Assembly (NCBI GenBank): GCA_017544805.1
Contig: JAFYDK010000122.1
Location: 1,764-65,763 of the forward strand
DNA length: 64,000 nt
Direction of reading: 5' to 3'
Source of the DNA: Bacteroidales bacterium
GTDB lineage: Bacteria; Bacteroidota; Bacteroidia; Bacteroidales; UBA3824
Shown: positions 7,693 through 17,586 of the stretch, one piece after another
How the letters are laid out: every line of letters starts with the position of its first letter
How positions within the stretch are numbered: position 1 is the first letter of the stretch
The notes under the pieces: generated by a model
Told to the model about the DNA's origin: nothing
The model's database searches: none
The model's input: the letters and a program-made list of their open reading frames with translations, nothing else
Program-made: the position numbers and the translations under genes

Positions 7693-10323
7693 TTATAATT
7701 TTAGAACTGTTTGTGCCACATTGTCAATGACTTCAAAATCGGGTTCTTCCCAATCATCGGGATTGTCAGAGCCTTCGTCATCGTTTTCTGGAACATCGGG
7801 GTTGTGTTCAAATTTCATTGTTGCAACCGAATAAATGCTTACTCTTTTGCCGTGAGCGCGATAACTCTTTTCGCCGATAAATTCCACAGCATCAATCGTT
7901 TCTTCGGGTCTGCCTTCGTTTTTGCCGCCGAATGTAACTTTCAAAATAGGATTTTGATCTACCGTTAAATCATAAAGTTTGCTTTGTAAACTGTCGCCTA
8001 ACAAATATAGTTCTTTGTCGGTATCCTCTATTTTGAAACGTTTCAAATAACAGAATCCCAAATCTTCATCGTAATAAGCCAAAGAATAAATTTCTTCGGG
8101 ATTGAATTTTCGGATTAAAATTATATCATCGTCGAAATGAGTGCTCAAATCATAACCGGTAACTCTGTAATGACCTGTTTTTCTAATAGTTACGATTTTG
8201 TCATCGCCCGAAAATTCACCCAAAAATTCACCAATTTCCTGCGTGTTGAGTTTTGAAACCGAAGAATCGAACCAAATTTTCAAACCGCCTAACGTGCTTA
8301 CCCCGTTTGTTACTTTGTTGATTCTCAAAACGGGATATTTCGTAACGATATTACCCATTGACGCGCGGTTTTTCACCGCTAACGTGCCGAAATCAAATTC
8401 CCAACTGCGTTTTTTTAGTTTGGCTTTCGGTCTTAAAATTACTTTTACGGTCTCGGCCTCGCCGTTGGAATTTCCTGAAAAATAAGTTACCGTAGTCCCC
8501 GGAGTGCCTTGTGTTAAATCGTATTCTTTATCTCTTGTTATACCTTTGACAGAGAATCGTTTAGCGTATGTTATGCCCGTTGCGCCGTCTCTGTAAATGG
8601 CATTGTAAATCGTTCTTTCGTCGTTTTTGCGGAAAATATTGATGTACATTGCATCTTGTCCGATGAAAAACTTATCCGAAATTTTTGAAATCGTATATTT
8701 ACCGTTTTTGCGGAAAACGATTACATCGTCAAGGTTGGAACAGTTGCAAACAAATTCGTCTTTTTTGAGCGACATTCCTGCAAAACCGTCTTCCCAATTT
8801 ACGTAAAGTTTTTCGTTAGCAACCACAACTTCTTGAGCTACAATGTTGTCAAAGTTTTTGATTTCGGTGTGGCGGGGATATTTTTTGCCGTATTTTTCTT
8901 TTATGCCTTGATAATATTCTATTGCATAATCAATTATATGGTCGAGCTTGTATTGAGCCTCTTCCATTTGTTTTTCAAGGCCTTTGATATAATTATCGGC
9001 TCTGAAAGCATCGTATTTGGATATTCTCTTGATTTTAAGTTCGGTAAGTCTTGTTATGTCGTCAATTGTTACCGGCTTTTTGAGTAAGTGTTTAAACGGG
9101 TCTAACGCCGTGTCAATGGTTTGAACTATAGCCTCCCAAGTCTCGCAGTCTTCAATCAGATTATAAATATGGTTTTCGATGAAGATTTTTTCTAACGACG
9201 CATCGTGCCAACTATCAGCGAGTTCGTTTAATAGGATATTAAGTTCCATTGTAAGTAGGCTCACCGTTTTGTCTACCGAATGTTTAAGAATTTCGGTTGT
9301 TGATAGAAAACACGGTTTGTCGTTGAGGATAACGCAAGAGTTAGCCGAAATCGAAACTTCGCAATCCGTAAAAGCATAAAGAGCGTCAATCGTAACATCG
9401 GGTGAAACGTCAGCGTTAAGATACAAAAGTATTTCAACGTTGGCAGCCGTTTTGTCTTCGATTTTTTTGACTTTGATTTTGCCTTTATCGTTAGCGGAAA
9501 TAATTGATTCGATAAGACTTCCAGTAGTTGTTCCGAAAGGAATTTCCGTTATTGCGAGAACTCTTTTGTCTTGTTTTTCGATTTTAGCCCTAACGCGCAA
9601 TTTTCCGCCGCGTTTTCCGTCTTGATAGCGTGAAACGTCAATAGAACCGCCCGTTAAAAAGTCTGGATAAAGTTCAAATTCTTCGTTTCTAAGGTACGAA
9701 ATAGAAGCGTCCATCAACTCGTTGAAGTTGTGGGGCAGAATTTTTGACGACAAACCTACGGCAATACCTTCAACGCCTTGAGCCAAAAGTAACGGAAATT
9801 TTACGGGGAGAGTTATAGGTTCTTTGTTTCTTCCGTCGTAACTTAATTTCCATTGAGTTGTTTTGGGATTGAAAACTACGTCTAAAGCAAGTTTTGAAAG
9901 TCTTGCTTCGATGTAACGGGGAGCTGCTGCCGAGTCTCCGGTTAAAATATTTCCCCAGTTACCCTGCGTGTCAATCATTAAATCTTTTTGACCGAGTTGC
10001 ACCAACGCATCTCCGATAGAAGCATCTCCGTGCGGGTGATATTGCATTGTGAAACCGACGATGTTAGCAACTTTGTTGTAACGACCGTCGTCCAAACGTT
10101 TCATTGCATGGAGAATACGTCTTTGAACGGGTTTCAGACCGTCGTCGATTTCGGGGACTGCGCGTTCAAGGATAACGTAAGATGCGTAATCAATGAACCA
10201 GTTTTTGAACATTCCCGAAACTGATTTCAATTGCAAGTGGTTTTGAACACCGCCCGAGATTTTCTCGTCTGAATCCTCGAGGGCTTCTTTATTTTTATCT
10301 TCTGGATTTATATTTTCTGACAT
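7693..10323 (-). CDS. parC: DNA topoisomerase IV subunit A
   Basis: ERAVPEIDDGLKPVQRRILHAM and YHPHGDASI motifs. The 876-aa length and acidic C-terminal tail match the Bacteroidota ParC type rather than GyrA. Confidence 0.85.
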   Translation of the reverse strand: MSENINPEDKNKEALEDSDEKISGGVQNHLQLKSVSGMFKNWFIDYASYVILERAVPEIDDGLKPVQRRILHAMKRLDDGRYNKVANIVGFTMQYHPHGDASIGDALVQLGQKDLMIDTQGNWGNILTGDSAAAPRYIEARLSKLALDVVFNPKTTQWKLSYDGRNKEPITLPVKFPLLLAQGVEGIAVGLSSKILPHNFNELMDASISYLRNEEFELYPDFLTGGSIDVSRYQDGKRGGKLRVRAKIEKQDKRVLAITEIPFGTTTGSLIESIISANDKGKIKVKKIEDKTAANVEILLYLNADVSPDVTIDALYAFTDCEVSISANSCVILNDKPCFLSTTEILKHSVDKTVSLLTMELNILLNELADSWHDASLEKIFIENHIYNLIEDCETWEAIVQTIDTALDPFKHLLKKPVTIDDITRLTELKIKRISKYDAFRADNYIKGLEKQMEEAQYKLDHIIDYAIEYYQGIKEKYGKKYPRHTEIKNFDNIVAQEVVVANEKLYVNWEDGFAGMSLKKDEFVCNCSNLDDVIVFRKNGKYTISKISDKFFIGQDAMYINIFRKNDERTIYNAIYRDGATGITYAKRFSVKGITRDKEYDLTQGTPGTTVTYFSGNSNGEAETVKVILRPKAKLKKRSWEFDFGTLAVKNRASMGNIVTKYPVLRINKVTNGVSTLGGLKIWFDSSVSKLNTQEIGEFLGEFSGDDKIVTIRKTGHYRVTGYDLSTHFDDDIILIRKFNPEEIYSLAYYDEDLGFCYLKRFKIEDTDKELYLLGDSLQSKLYDLTVDQNPILKVTFGGKNEGRPEETIDAVEFIGEKSYRAHGKRVSIYSVATMKFEHNPDVPENDDEGSDNPDDWEEPDFEVIDNVAQTVLKL

Positions 10324-10479
10324 AAAAATTGCTCTAACTTTTTATTAATTTGCAAAAGTACAAACTTTTTTTTTATTTCTGAAAATATTTTTTGTTGTGG
10401 AATTTTTTTTAAAATTTAATCTTATATTTGTAAAGAAAAAAACATCGTATTTATTTAAATAAAAAAAATATTTAGGTTT

Positions 10480-10893
10480 ATGAAAAAAGTATTATTATCA
10501 TTGTTATTTTTAGTGATGTTTGTCGGTCTTGGTTTTGCGCAAAGATCTTATATTAAGCACAATATGCAAAACGCTAACGGAATAAAAGGAATGGTTGTCG
10601 GTCTTGATCAGTGGCAACTTTCTGCTCCAACCGAAGTGTATACTTGTGTTGTGTTTTTTGATGTAAACGGAAATCAATTGGAACTAAACGGTGAACCTTT
10701 TGAAATTCCGTGTGATAACGTTTTTACCTTGCCTCAAGGTAATGTTTATGCGGAACAATTTGTACCGTATAACGAAATCAGCCCTTATCTCCAAAGACAA
10801 GTTGAATATGGCGTTGGATTATACATATATCGGTCATCTAACGACGATTTGTTGATTAGTGCAAGTTACATGGAGACATTTCATTTGAATTAA
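10480..10893 (+). CDS. Hypothetical secreted protein
   Basis: Clear signal peptide MKKVLLSLLFLVMFVGLGFAQ. No recognisable domain. Confidence 0.6.
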   Translation: MKKVLLSLLFLVMFVGLGFAQRSYIKHNMQNANGIKGMVVGLDQWQLSAPTEVYTCVVFFDVNGNQLELNGEPFEIPCDNVFTLPQGNVYAEQFVPYNEISPYLQRQVEYGVGLYIYRSSNDDLLISASYMETFHLN

Positions 10894-10956
10894 TTTTCAT
10901 AATAATCAGATTCTTTTAGTGCATTTTGGAGTTTTTTTACTAACTATGCAAAGAAC

Positions 10957-12030
10957 TTAAACAACGTGTTTTTTTTCGTCTAAATATTCTCCGTAATAGG
11001 TTCTGACTAAGCACGTAAAAGGTATTGCTACGATTAATCCCAAAAAGCCTAAAAGTTTGCCCCAAATACTTAGTGATAGTAATATCATTGCCGGATTCAG
11101 GCCAGTGTGTTTGCCCATGAAATAGGGCGTAAGTATCAAATCCTGAATTATTTGAACAAATACAAAAACCGCTGCCGTCATAAAAATTGCTGCCCAAAGC
11201 GGTGTGTCAGTTTCAACGGATTTTATGACCGTTAAAAGTAGTGCCGGCAAAAAACCCGCAATCTGAAGGTACGGCACAAGGTTTAAAATTCCTACCAAAA
11301 TTCCGAGCGTAATTCCTACCGGCAAACCGATAATTTTGAATCCTGAGGCATAAAGTATTGTAACACACAATACCACAAGCAGTTGTCCGCGAAAATAATT
11401 GCTCATTTCTTTCTGAAAACGTTTTATAAATGTATCAAAACGTTCTTTGTATTTTTGCGGAATAAGATTTTTGGCTCCAAGAGAAATTTCGTCATAATCT
11501 TTCATAATAAAAATTATGTACAAAATGATGATTGTCAGACCGAAAGCTGCAGAAATAACGTTTACTGTCCCGGAAAAAAATCCGGCAATTCTCGGCAAAA
11601 TAATTTTTGAAAACATGTCAAAAATTTTGGATAAATTACCGTCCGCAAAATATTTTTCAATGTTTTCGTCAAACGTAAAATTTTTGATATAATCTCTTAA
11701 AAATTCGGGCAAATTTTCACTCCATTGCGTTGATGAGGCCTTTTCTTTCAGCAAGTCATAAAGCGAACTTATTTCCGAAATCATTGACGGAAAAATCAAA
11801 ACCGATGCCCCGAAAACTACGGCTGATAAAAGCAAAAGTGTTACGATAACCGATAAAATGCGCTTTTTCAGGTATTTGTTGAAAAAGTTTACTACGGGAT
11901 TAAGAATGTAGGCTATCATAAAAGCAATCGCAAACGGTAATAACACATTCCTTAAATAATAGATTATCAGCAGTGTAACAACTATTAATGCAATTTTTAG
12001 CCAAATATTTTTTTCTATCGTTTTTAGCAT
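10957..12030 (-). CDS. AI-2E family transporter (PerM/UPF0118)
   Basis: Multi-TM protein with an N-terminus typical of the family (...LLPFAIAFMIAYILNPVVNFF...). The ATG at 12030 is preferred because a -7 box (caaaagta on the plus strand, 12051-12058) covers the GTG start in the ORF track. Confidence 0.8.
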   Translation of the reverse strand: MLKTIEKNIWLKIALIVVTLLIIYYLRNVLLPFAIAFMIAYILNPVVNFFNKYLKKRILSVIVTLLLLSAVVFGASVLIFPSMISEISSLYDLLKEKASSTQWSENLPEFLRDYIKNFTFDENIEKYFADGNLSKIFDMFSKIILPRIAGFFSGTVNVISAAFGLTIIILYIIFIMKDYDEISLGAKNLIPQKYKERFDTFIKRFQKEMSNYFRGQLLVVLCVTILYASGFKIIGLPVGITLGILVGILNLVPYLQIAGFLPALLLTVIKSVETDTPLWAAIFMTAAVFVFVQIIQDLILTPYFMGKHTGLNPAMILLSLSIWGKLLGFLGLIVAIPFTCLVRTYYGEYLDEKKHVV

Positions 12031-12217
12031 TTTTTTTAGTTTTTTTACCACAAAAGTACAAAAAAAAAAATCAAAAAAATCTGCGAAAGGTGTGTTTTTG
12101 TGCTTTTTTGTATTATCTTTGCGCTATGTTTCACTCTGTTTTAGTTGGTTTGCAGTACTAATTTTTAAGTGAAATGTGTTGTAATGTCCGTCTTGTCAGA
12201 ACATTAAAGAAAAACCA

Positions 12218-12476
12218 ATGGTAATTCAAAAAACTAAAAATGTAAGAATCAAAAGAATTATGTTCATAATTTTTTTGATTCTTTCCGTTAAAATATCATA
12301 TTCTCAGAGTAAGCATGCTGCGCTTTGGAATGTAGATAATTATCGTACAACCGATTCATCAGTATAAAACACCGGGAAAGTATACTGTAAAACTCATAAT
12401 TGACGGCAATGGTACATACGAGACAACGATTGAAGTTTATCCGAATCCAACGCCCCCTAAAATAATTGAAGAATAG
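12218..12476 (+). pseudogene. Remnant of a secreted PKD-domain protein (signal peptide frame-shifted onto the last half of a PKD domain)
   Basis: Frame 1 (12218-12367) reads MVIQKTKNVRIKRIMFIIFLILSVKISYSQ... then TAA. The +1 frame (12336-12476) reads ...PIHQYKTPGKYTVKLIIDGNGTYETTIEVYPNPTPPKIIEE then TAG, which is the classic HxYxxxGxYxVxL PKD motif. Confidence 0.55.
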
Positions 12477-12504
12477 TAAATTTTTGGGGGAAAGTTTAGG
12501 AATT

Positions 12505-13560
12505 TTAAACAGAATTTTTTAAAAATTCCATCGTATCAACACCGTCGGCAAAGTCAAAAACACTCGGAGTTTGTGCCGAACCTAATTTTACGGTTTCAAC
12601 GTTAGGTATTTGAGTTTTTGAAACAACGCATTGCAAATTTTCCGTCAAAAATGTTAATTTTTTTGATAATTCTTCAAGATTTTCATAACGTTCGGCAAAC
12701 AAAACTCCCACCGGCGAGGACAAATTTTCGTCTTCTTTCAGAATCAAGAAGTTATTAATCAGAATTTTGTTTTCTGCCATCAAATATATCGCTTTGTTAT
12801 AATCATAATTATCAGCGTATTTTGAATTGTTGATTATAAACGAAAAATCTACAATATTTTTGAAAAACTCTTGATAATCATAATCTTTAGGGACATAAAT
12901 TTTTGAAACACTCCGACAGCCTAAACCGTAATATGCAAAAATATCTTCTGCCAAAAGTTTGTAATCTTCCGCCGTTTCTTCTCCTGTTATAACGGCTACG
13001 GAATTTCTGTTGTGCCTTATAATGTGAGGATATTTTGCAAAATAATATTCAAAATAGCGGCTTGAATTATTGCTTCCCGTTGCAATAATCGCATCAAAAT
13101 TTTCTTTAGTGTCTTTCTCCTCGATGATTCTATCTGTTAATTCAGGGTTGATGTGTTTTAAAATTTCAGTTACCAAATAGGGTAGGAGTTTATCTTTTTG
13201 AGAAAATTTTATAACGCATTTTTTACCCGAAAACAATATGCAAAAAATATCATGAAAACAAACCAAAGGAATGTTTCCCGCCGCAATTATTTTTACTTTT
13301 TTCTCAGAAAGAGTTCCTTGTCCGTATTTCACTTCAAATGCTGTTAAATCTTTTTCGTTCAGCATATTAGCGAGCGAAATAAGCTGCATTTTAACGAACT
13401 TTTCTTCAAACCAGCCGTTATAATTGTGATAATCTTTTATGATGTTTTTTAAGTTTTCGACGTCGTTTTTGTAAGGCAATAAATCCTCTGACAAAACACC
13501 GTTTTCCTCAACCGAAGCCTTAAAAATTTTTCCCAAGGTTATAAAAGTTTCTTTAAACAT
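12505..13560 (-). CDS. LuxC-like acyl-CoA reductase family protein
   Basis: 351 aa. The motif ...IIAAGNIPLVCFHDIFCILFSG... and the size are typical of the Bacteroidota acyl-CoA reductase (LuxC) family. Confidence 0.55.
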   Translation of the reverse strand: MFKETFITLGKIFKASVEENGVLSEDLLPYKNDVENLKNIIKDYHNYNGWFEEKFVKMQLISLANMLNEKDLTAFEVKYGQGTLSEKKVKIIAAGNIPLVCFHDIFCILFSGKKCVIKFSQKDKLLPYLVTEILKHINPELTDRIIEEKDTKENFDAIIATGSNNSSRYFEYYFAKYPHIIRHNRNSVAVITGEETAEDYKLLAEDIFAYYGLGCRSVSKIYVPKDYDYQEFFKNIVDFSFIINNSKYADNYDYNKAIYLMAENKILINNFLILKEDENLSSPVGVLFAERYENLEELSKKLTFLTENLQCVVSKTQIPNVETVKLGSAQTPSVFDFADGVDTMEFLKNSV

Positions 13561-13568
13561 AACTCCTT

Positions 13569-15074
13569 TTAATTTTTTTTAGGTTTACTAATTAAAAACA
13601 ATCCCAAAACCGTAATCAAGGCATTGTAAAGCAAAAGTTCGTATCCCATTTTGTAACCCGAAAACCATTGCATGGAATTAAGGCTCAAAACAAGACATAT
13701 CACCGGCGACAAAATACAAACCACCGGCACAAATTTATCCTTAACTTGTTTTTTGGAATAAAGTCCGAACAAATAAAGCCCGAGCAAAGGTCCGTAAGTA
13801 TAACTTGCTACAACATAAACTGCATCAATTACGCTGTTGTCGCCGATTAACGAAAACATACAAATCAAAACGCCCATCACAACGGTATTAATAATATGAA
13901 CGTAAAAACGCGTTTTTGAAAGTTGTTCTTCGTCTTGCTTTTTGTCAGCACGCAAAATGTCTATTGTAACGGAAGTTGTTAGAGCTGTAACGGCACTTCC
14001 TGCTGAAGAAAAAGCCGCCGCTATCAATCCGATTACAAACAAAACACCTACAATCTGCGGCAAAAACAAATTTCCATCAAGATTAGTGCCCGTTGCAAGA
14101 TACGGAAAAAGTTCGTCAGCTTTTAACGGATTACCGTTAATATCGCTTAAAACACCGTCAGAAAACATTCCCAAACTTCCGGCGTATTGATAAAGTAAAA
14201 CTCCCAAAGCCAAAAACAACAGATTAACAGGGAAAAAACTGAACCCGTAACTAACAACGTTTTTTTGCGCTTCTTTCAAATTCTTACAACTGAGATTTTT
14301 CTGCATCATGTCTTGATCCAAACCTGTCATGGCTATTGTCGTAAACATTCCCGCAAAAAACTGCTTGAAAAAATATTGTTTAGAATTAACATCGTCAAAA
14401 TACCAAAGTCTTGACATTCCGGAATTTACAATAGAAGAACACATCGCACTAAAATCCAAGCCCATAGCCTTGCCGACATAATAAATACACAAAACAACCG
14501 CCGCAATCAGCGACAATGTCTGAATCATATCCGTCCAAACAAGCGTTTTGACTCCGCCTCTAAAAGTATAAAGCCAAACAATCAGCATCGTAACGGCGAC
14601 ATTAAGCCAAAACGGTATGCCCAAAGAGTTAAAAATTATCAGCTGCAAGACCAACGCCGTCAAATACATTCTAACACCGCAACCCAAAAACTTAGAAATC
14701 AAGAAGAATCCGGCTCCTACTTTATAACCAGAATTTCCAAACCTTTGGTCTAAATACGTATAAATTGAATTTAAATTCAATTTGTAATAGAGCGGTAAAA
14801 GTATATATGCAATAGCAAAATATCCGGCAACAAAGCCTAACGCCATTTGCAAATATCCAAAGCCCGAAAACTGAACCATGCCGGGAACGGAAATAAACGT
14901 TACCCCTGAAATCGAGGTTCCAACCATCGCAATGGCTACAACATACCATGGGGATTTTTTTGAACCCGAAAAAAAATCTTTGTTATTACTGCTTTTTCTC
15001 GTTGTTAAATGACTGATAAACAATATAATTGCAAAATACACTGCAATTATAGTCAATACCAAAACCGATGACAT
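13569..15074 (-). CDS. Sodium:solute symporter family transporter
   Basis: About 13 predicted TM segments and an SSF-like N-terminus (...DFFSGSKKSPWYVVAIAMVGTSISGVTFISVPG...). The ATG at 15074 is preferred; the ORF track extends to 15137. Confidence 0.85.
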   Translation of the reverse strand: MSSVLVLTIIAVYFAIILFISHLTTRKSSNNKDFFSGSKKSPWYVVAIAMVGTSISGVTFISVPGMVQFSGFGYLQMALGFVAGYFAIAYILLPLYYKLNLNSIYTYLDQRFGNSGYKVGAGFFLISKFLGCGVRMYLTALVLQLIIFNSLGIPFWLNVAVTMLIVWLYTFRGGVKTLVWTDMIQTLSLIAAVVLCIYYVGKAMGLDFSAMCSSIVNSGMSRLWYFDDVNSKQYFFKQFFAGMFTTIAMTGLDQDMMQKNLSCKNLKEAQKNVVSYGFSFFPVNLLFLALGVLLYQYAGSLGMFSDGVLSDINGNPLKADELFPYLATGTNLDGNLFLPQIVGVLFVIGLIAAAFSSAGSAVTALTTSVTIDILRADKKQDEEQLSKTRFYVHIINTVVMGVLICMFSLIGDNSVIDAVYVVASYTYGPLLGLYLFGLYSKKQVKDKFVPVVCILSPVICLVLSLNSMQWFSGYKMGYELLLYNALITVLGLFLISKPKKN

Positions 15075-15147
15075 TTTTTTAATATTTCTTTTATAATAAT
15101 TCGCGGCAAAGTTAAGACTTTTTTTCAAGAAAAGCAAATCACCGTGC

Positions 15148-15330
15148 TCATTCTGCGATTATCTTGAAATTCAAAGTCTTTACGCCGTTCCAAAAGACAG
15201 TACCGTTGTAAAAACCGTCTTTCAAAACAATGGAATTAATTTTTTTAACATCAGAAATTCTGTTGACAACAATACCGAGTTGGTTGTAAATTTCAATTTC
15301 AGCATTAGAAAAATCATCATCCGAATAAGT
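15148..15330 (-). pseudogene. Orphan T9SS C-terminal sorting domain remnant
   Basis: The minus-strand frame has no start codon and has a TGA immediately upstream. It reads TYSDDDFSNAEIEIYNQLGIVVNRISDVKKINSIVLKDGFYNGTVFWNGVKTLNFKIIAE then stop, the IxIYNxxGxxV...GxY...K pattern of type A T9SS CTDs. Confidence 0.6.
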
Positions 15331-15410
15331 TCAGTGTTTTTTATTATGCAAAATAATACTAATCATAATAAATTTTCTGATAAAAATTGCAACTTTTCCC
15401 AAAAAATAAA

Positions 15411-15418
15411 TAATTTTG
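15411..15418 (+). promoter_or_regulatory. -7 promoter box (TAnnTTTG) for the oxidoreductase operon
   Basis: taattttg lies 43 nt upstream of the ATG at 15461. Confidence 0.45.
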
Positions 15419-15460
15419 TGCCTTAGAAAAAACAAACAGTCAAGATAATTTTAGAAAAAA

Positions 15461-15691
15461 ATGGCAAAAGTCAGAGGGGCAGTTGTCATTGACAAAGAAA
15501 AATGCAAAGGTTGTGGACTTTGTGTCGAGACCTGCAAATTTCAAGTCTTGCAACTTTCCCAACAAGTTAATTTAAAGGGTTATAATCCCGCTTTTATGGT
15601 TAATCCGCAAAATTGCACGGGTTGTACTAATTGCGCCGTTATATGTCCTGATGCAGTTATCACAGTTTATCGAGCAAAAGAGAATGAGTGA
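15461..15691 (+). CDS. 4Fe-4S dicluster ferredoxin-type delta subunit of 2-oxoacid:ferredoxin oxidoreductase
   Basis: Two CxxCxxCxxxCP motifs (CKGCGLCVETC, CTGCTNCAVICP). The stop overlaps the next start (ATGAGTGA). Confidence 0.85.
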   Translation: MAKVRGAVVIDKEKCKGCGLCVETCKFQVLQLSQQVNLKGYNPAFMVNPQNCTGCTNCAVICPDAVITVYRAKENE

Positions 15692-16781
15692 ATTAAGATT
15701 AATGAAAGGCAATGAAGCCTTGGCAGAGGCCGCTATTAGGGCAGGAGTTGATGCTTATTACGGTTATCCTATCACACCTCAATCAGAGGTTATGGAATAT
15801 TTAATGGCGGCCAATCCCGAAAAAACAACGGGTATGGTGGTGCTTCAAGCAGAAAGCGAAGTTTCTTCCATCAATATGGTTTACGGTGCGGCTGGTGCGG
15901 GCAAAATGGCGATGACTTCATCCTCAAGTCCGGGCGTATCGTTGATGCAAGAGGGTATTTCGTATATTGCAGGTGCGGAATTACCGTGCGTGGTTGTTAA
16001 TGTTGTAAGAGGCGGCCCCGGATTAGGAACGATTCAGCCTTCACAGGCGGATTATTTTCAGACCGTTAAAGGCGGTGGACACGGTGATTACAAGCTTATA
16101 ACATTAGCTCCGGCTTCGGTTCAGGAAATGTCTGATTTTATGCGTCTTGCGTTTGAATTAGCATTTAAATACAGAAATCCCGCAATGATATTGTCAGACG
16201 GAGCAATTGGTCAGATGATGGAAAAAGTGGAATTGTTTGACCCTATACCGCGCCGCACTGACGAGGAGGTTGCTCAACAATGTCCTTGGGCTACAACGGG
16301 CAGAAAACGCGGAACACAAAAACGTGTTATCACCTCGCTCAGACTTGTTGCATCTGTTCAAGAAGAGTTTAATATAAAACTTCAGAAAAAATACAAACAA
16401 ATTCAAGAAAACGAGGTACGTTGCGAAATGATAGGTTGCGAGGACGCACAATTTGTTATCGTGGCTTATGGTTCGAGTGCGAGAACGAGTATGAAAGCTG
16501 TTGAACTCGCAAGAAAAAGCGGTTTGAGAGCGGGACTTTTAAGACCTCAGACGCTTTGGCCTTTTCCGACGAAAGAACTTCGCTCGTTAGCCGAAAGAGG
16601 CGTTCAAGGTTTCTTATCGGTTGAGATGAGTGCTGGTCAAATGGTTGAAGATGTCAGACTTGCTGTTAACGGACGCTCAAGAGTGGAACATTTTGGAAGA
16701 ATGGGCGGTGTTATAGCCTCGCCTTTGGATATTTTTGAAGCGTTGAAACAATTCGCTGCTGGCGAGAAAAAACTTTTTTAA
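15684..16781 (+). CDS. 2-oxoacid (2-oxoglutarate-type):ferredoxin oxidoreductase alpha subunit
   Basis: MSELRLMKGNEALAEAAIRAGVDAYYGYPITPQSE... is the typical KorA/VorB N-terminus. The ATG at 15684 is chosen because it is translationally coupled to the upstream gene. Confidence 0.9.
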   Translation: MSELRLMKGNEALAEAAIRAGVDAYYGYPITPQSEVMEYLMAANPEKTTGMVVLQAESEVSSINMVYGAAGAGKMAMTSSSSPGVSLMQEGISYIAGAELPCVVVNVVRGGPGLGTIQPSQADYFQTVKGGGHGDYKLITLAPASVQEMSDFMRLAFELAFKYRNPAMILSDGAIGQMMEKVELFDPIPRRTDEEVAQQCPWATTGRKRGTQKRVITSLRLVASVQEEFNIKLQKKYKQIQENEVRCEMIGCEDAQFVIVAYGSSARTSMKAVELARKSGLRAGLLRPQTLWPFPTKELRSLAERGVQGFLSVEMSAGQMVEDVRLAVNGRSRVEHFGRMGGVIASPLDIFEALKQFAAGEKKLF

Positions 16782-16788
16782 GAAAATC

Positions 16789-17586
16789 ATGGAGTTAGAA
16801 GATATTATAAAAGAGGAAAATATAGTTTTCAAAAAGACTAAACTTCTGAACGATAAGCCTCTGTCATATTGTCCGGGTTGCGGACACGGTACTGTTCACA
16901 GAATCTTGATGGAGACGATTGAAGAACTCGGCATCGACGAACAAACTATCGGTATTGCGCCCGTAGGTTGTGCCGTTATGGCATACGAGTTCATGGAAAT
17001 TGATATGCAGGAGGCTGCACATGGACGCGCTCCGGCGTTAGCAACGGGTATAAAAAGGGTTTATCCTAACAAATACGTTTTCACTTATCAAGGCGACGGC
17101 GATTTGGCTGCAATCGGTACAGCCGAGACGATGCACTGTTGCAACCGTGGTGAAAATATTTTGATAATTTTCATCAACAACGGTATTTACGGTATGACCG
17201 GTGGTCAAATGGCTCCGACAACCTTGGAAGGTGCAAAAACTTCTACATCGCCTTACGGTAGGGACGTTTCAACGATGGGTTATCCGATAAGAATAACGGA
17301 ATTGATAGCGCAACTTCCTGCTGTCAGATACGTTACAAGACAGTCAGTACACACTCCGGCTGCTGTTAGAAAAGCAAAAGCCGCTATTAAAAAAGCTTTT
17401 GAATATCAGGCGGAAGGTAAACAAGGAACTTGTTTTATTGAGTTTTTGTCCAACTGCAATTCGGGTTGGAAAATGTCTGCTGTTCAAGCGAACAAATGGA
17501 TGGAAGAAAACACTTTCAAATATTATGTTCCGGGCGATATAAAAGATAATTTCAAACTTTTAAAAAATCCTGTCGTAGAATTATGA
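16789..17586 (+). CDS. 2-oxoacid:ferredoxin oxidoreductase beta (TPP-binding) subunit
   Basis: SYCPGCGHG and GDGD...NNGIYGMTGGQ thiamine-diphosphate motifs. Confidence 0.9.
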   Translation: MELEDIIKEENIVFKKTKLLNDKPLSYCPGCGHGTVHRILMETIEELGIDEQTIGIAPVGCAVMAYEFMEIDMQEAAHGRAPALATGIKRVYPNKYVFTYQGDGDLAAIGTAETMHCCNRGENILIIFINNGIYGMTGGQMAPTTLEGAKTSTSPYGRDVSTMGYPIRITELIAQLPAVRYVTRQSVHTPAAVRKAKAAIKKAFEYQAEGKQGTCFIEFLSNCNSGWKMSAVQANKWMEENTFKYYVPGDIKDNFKLLKNPVVEL

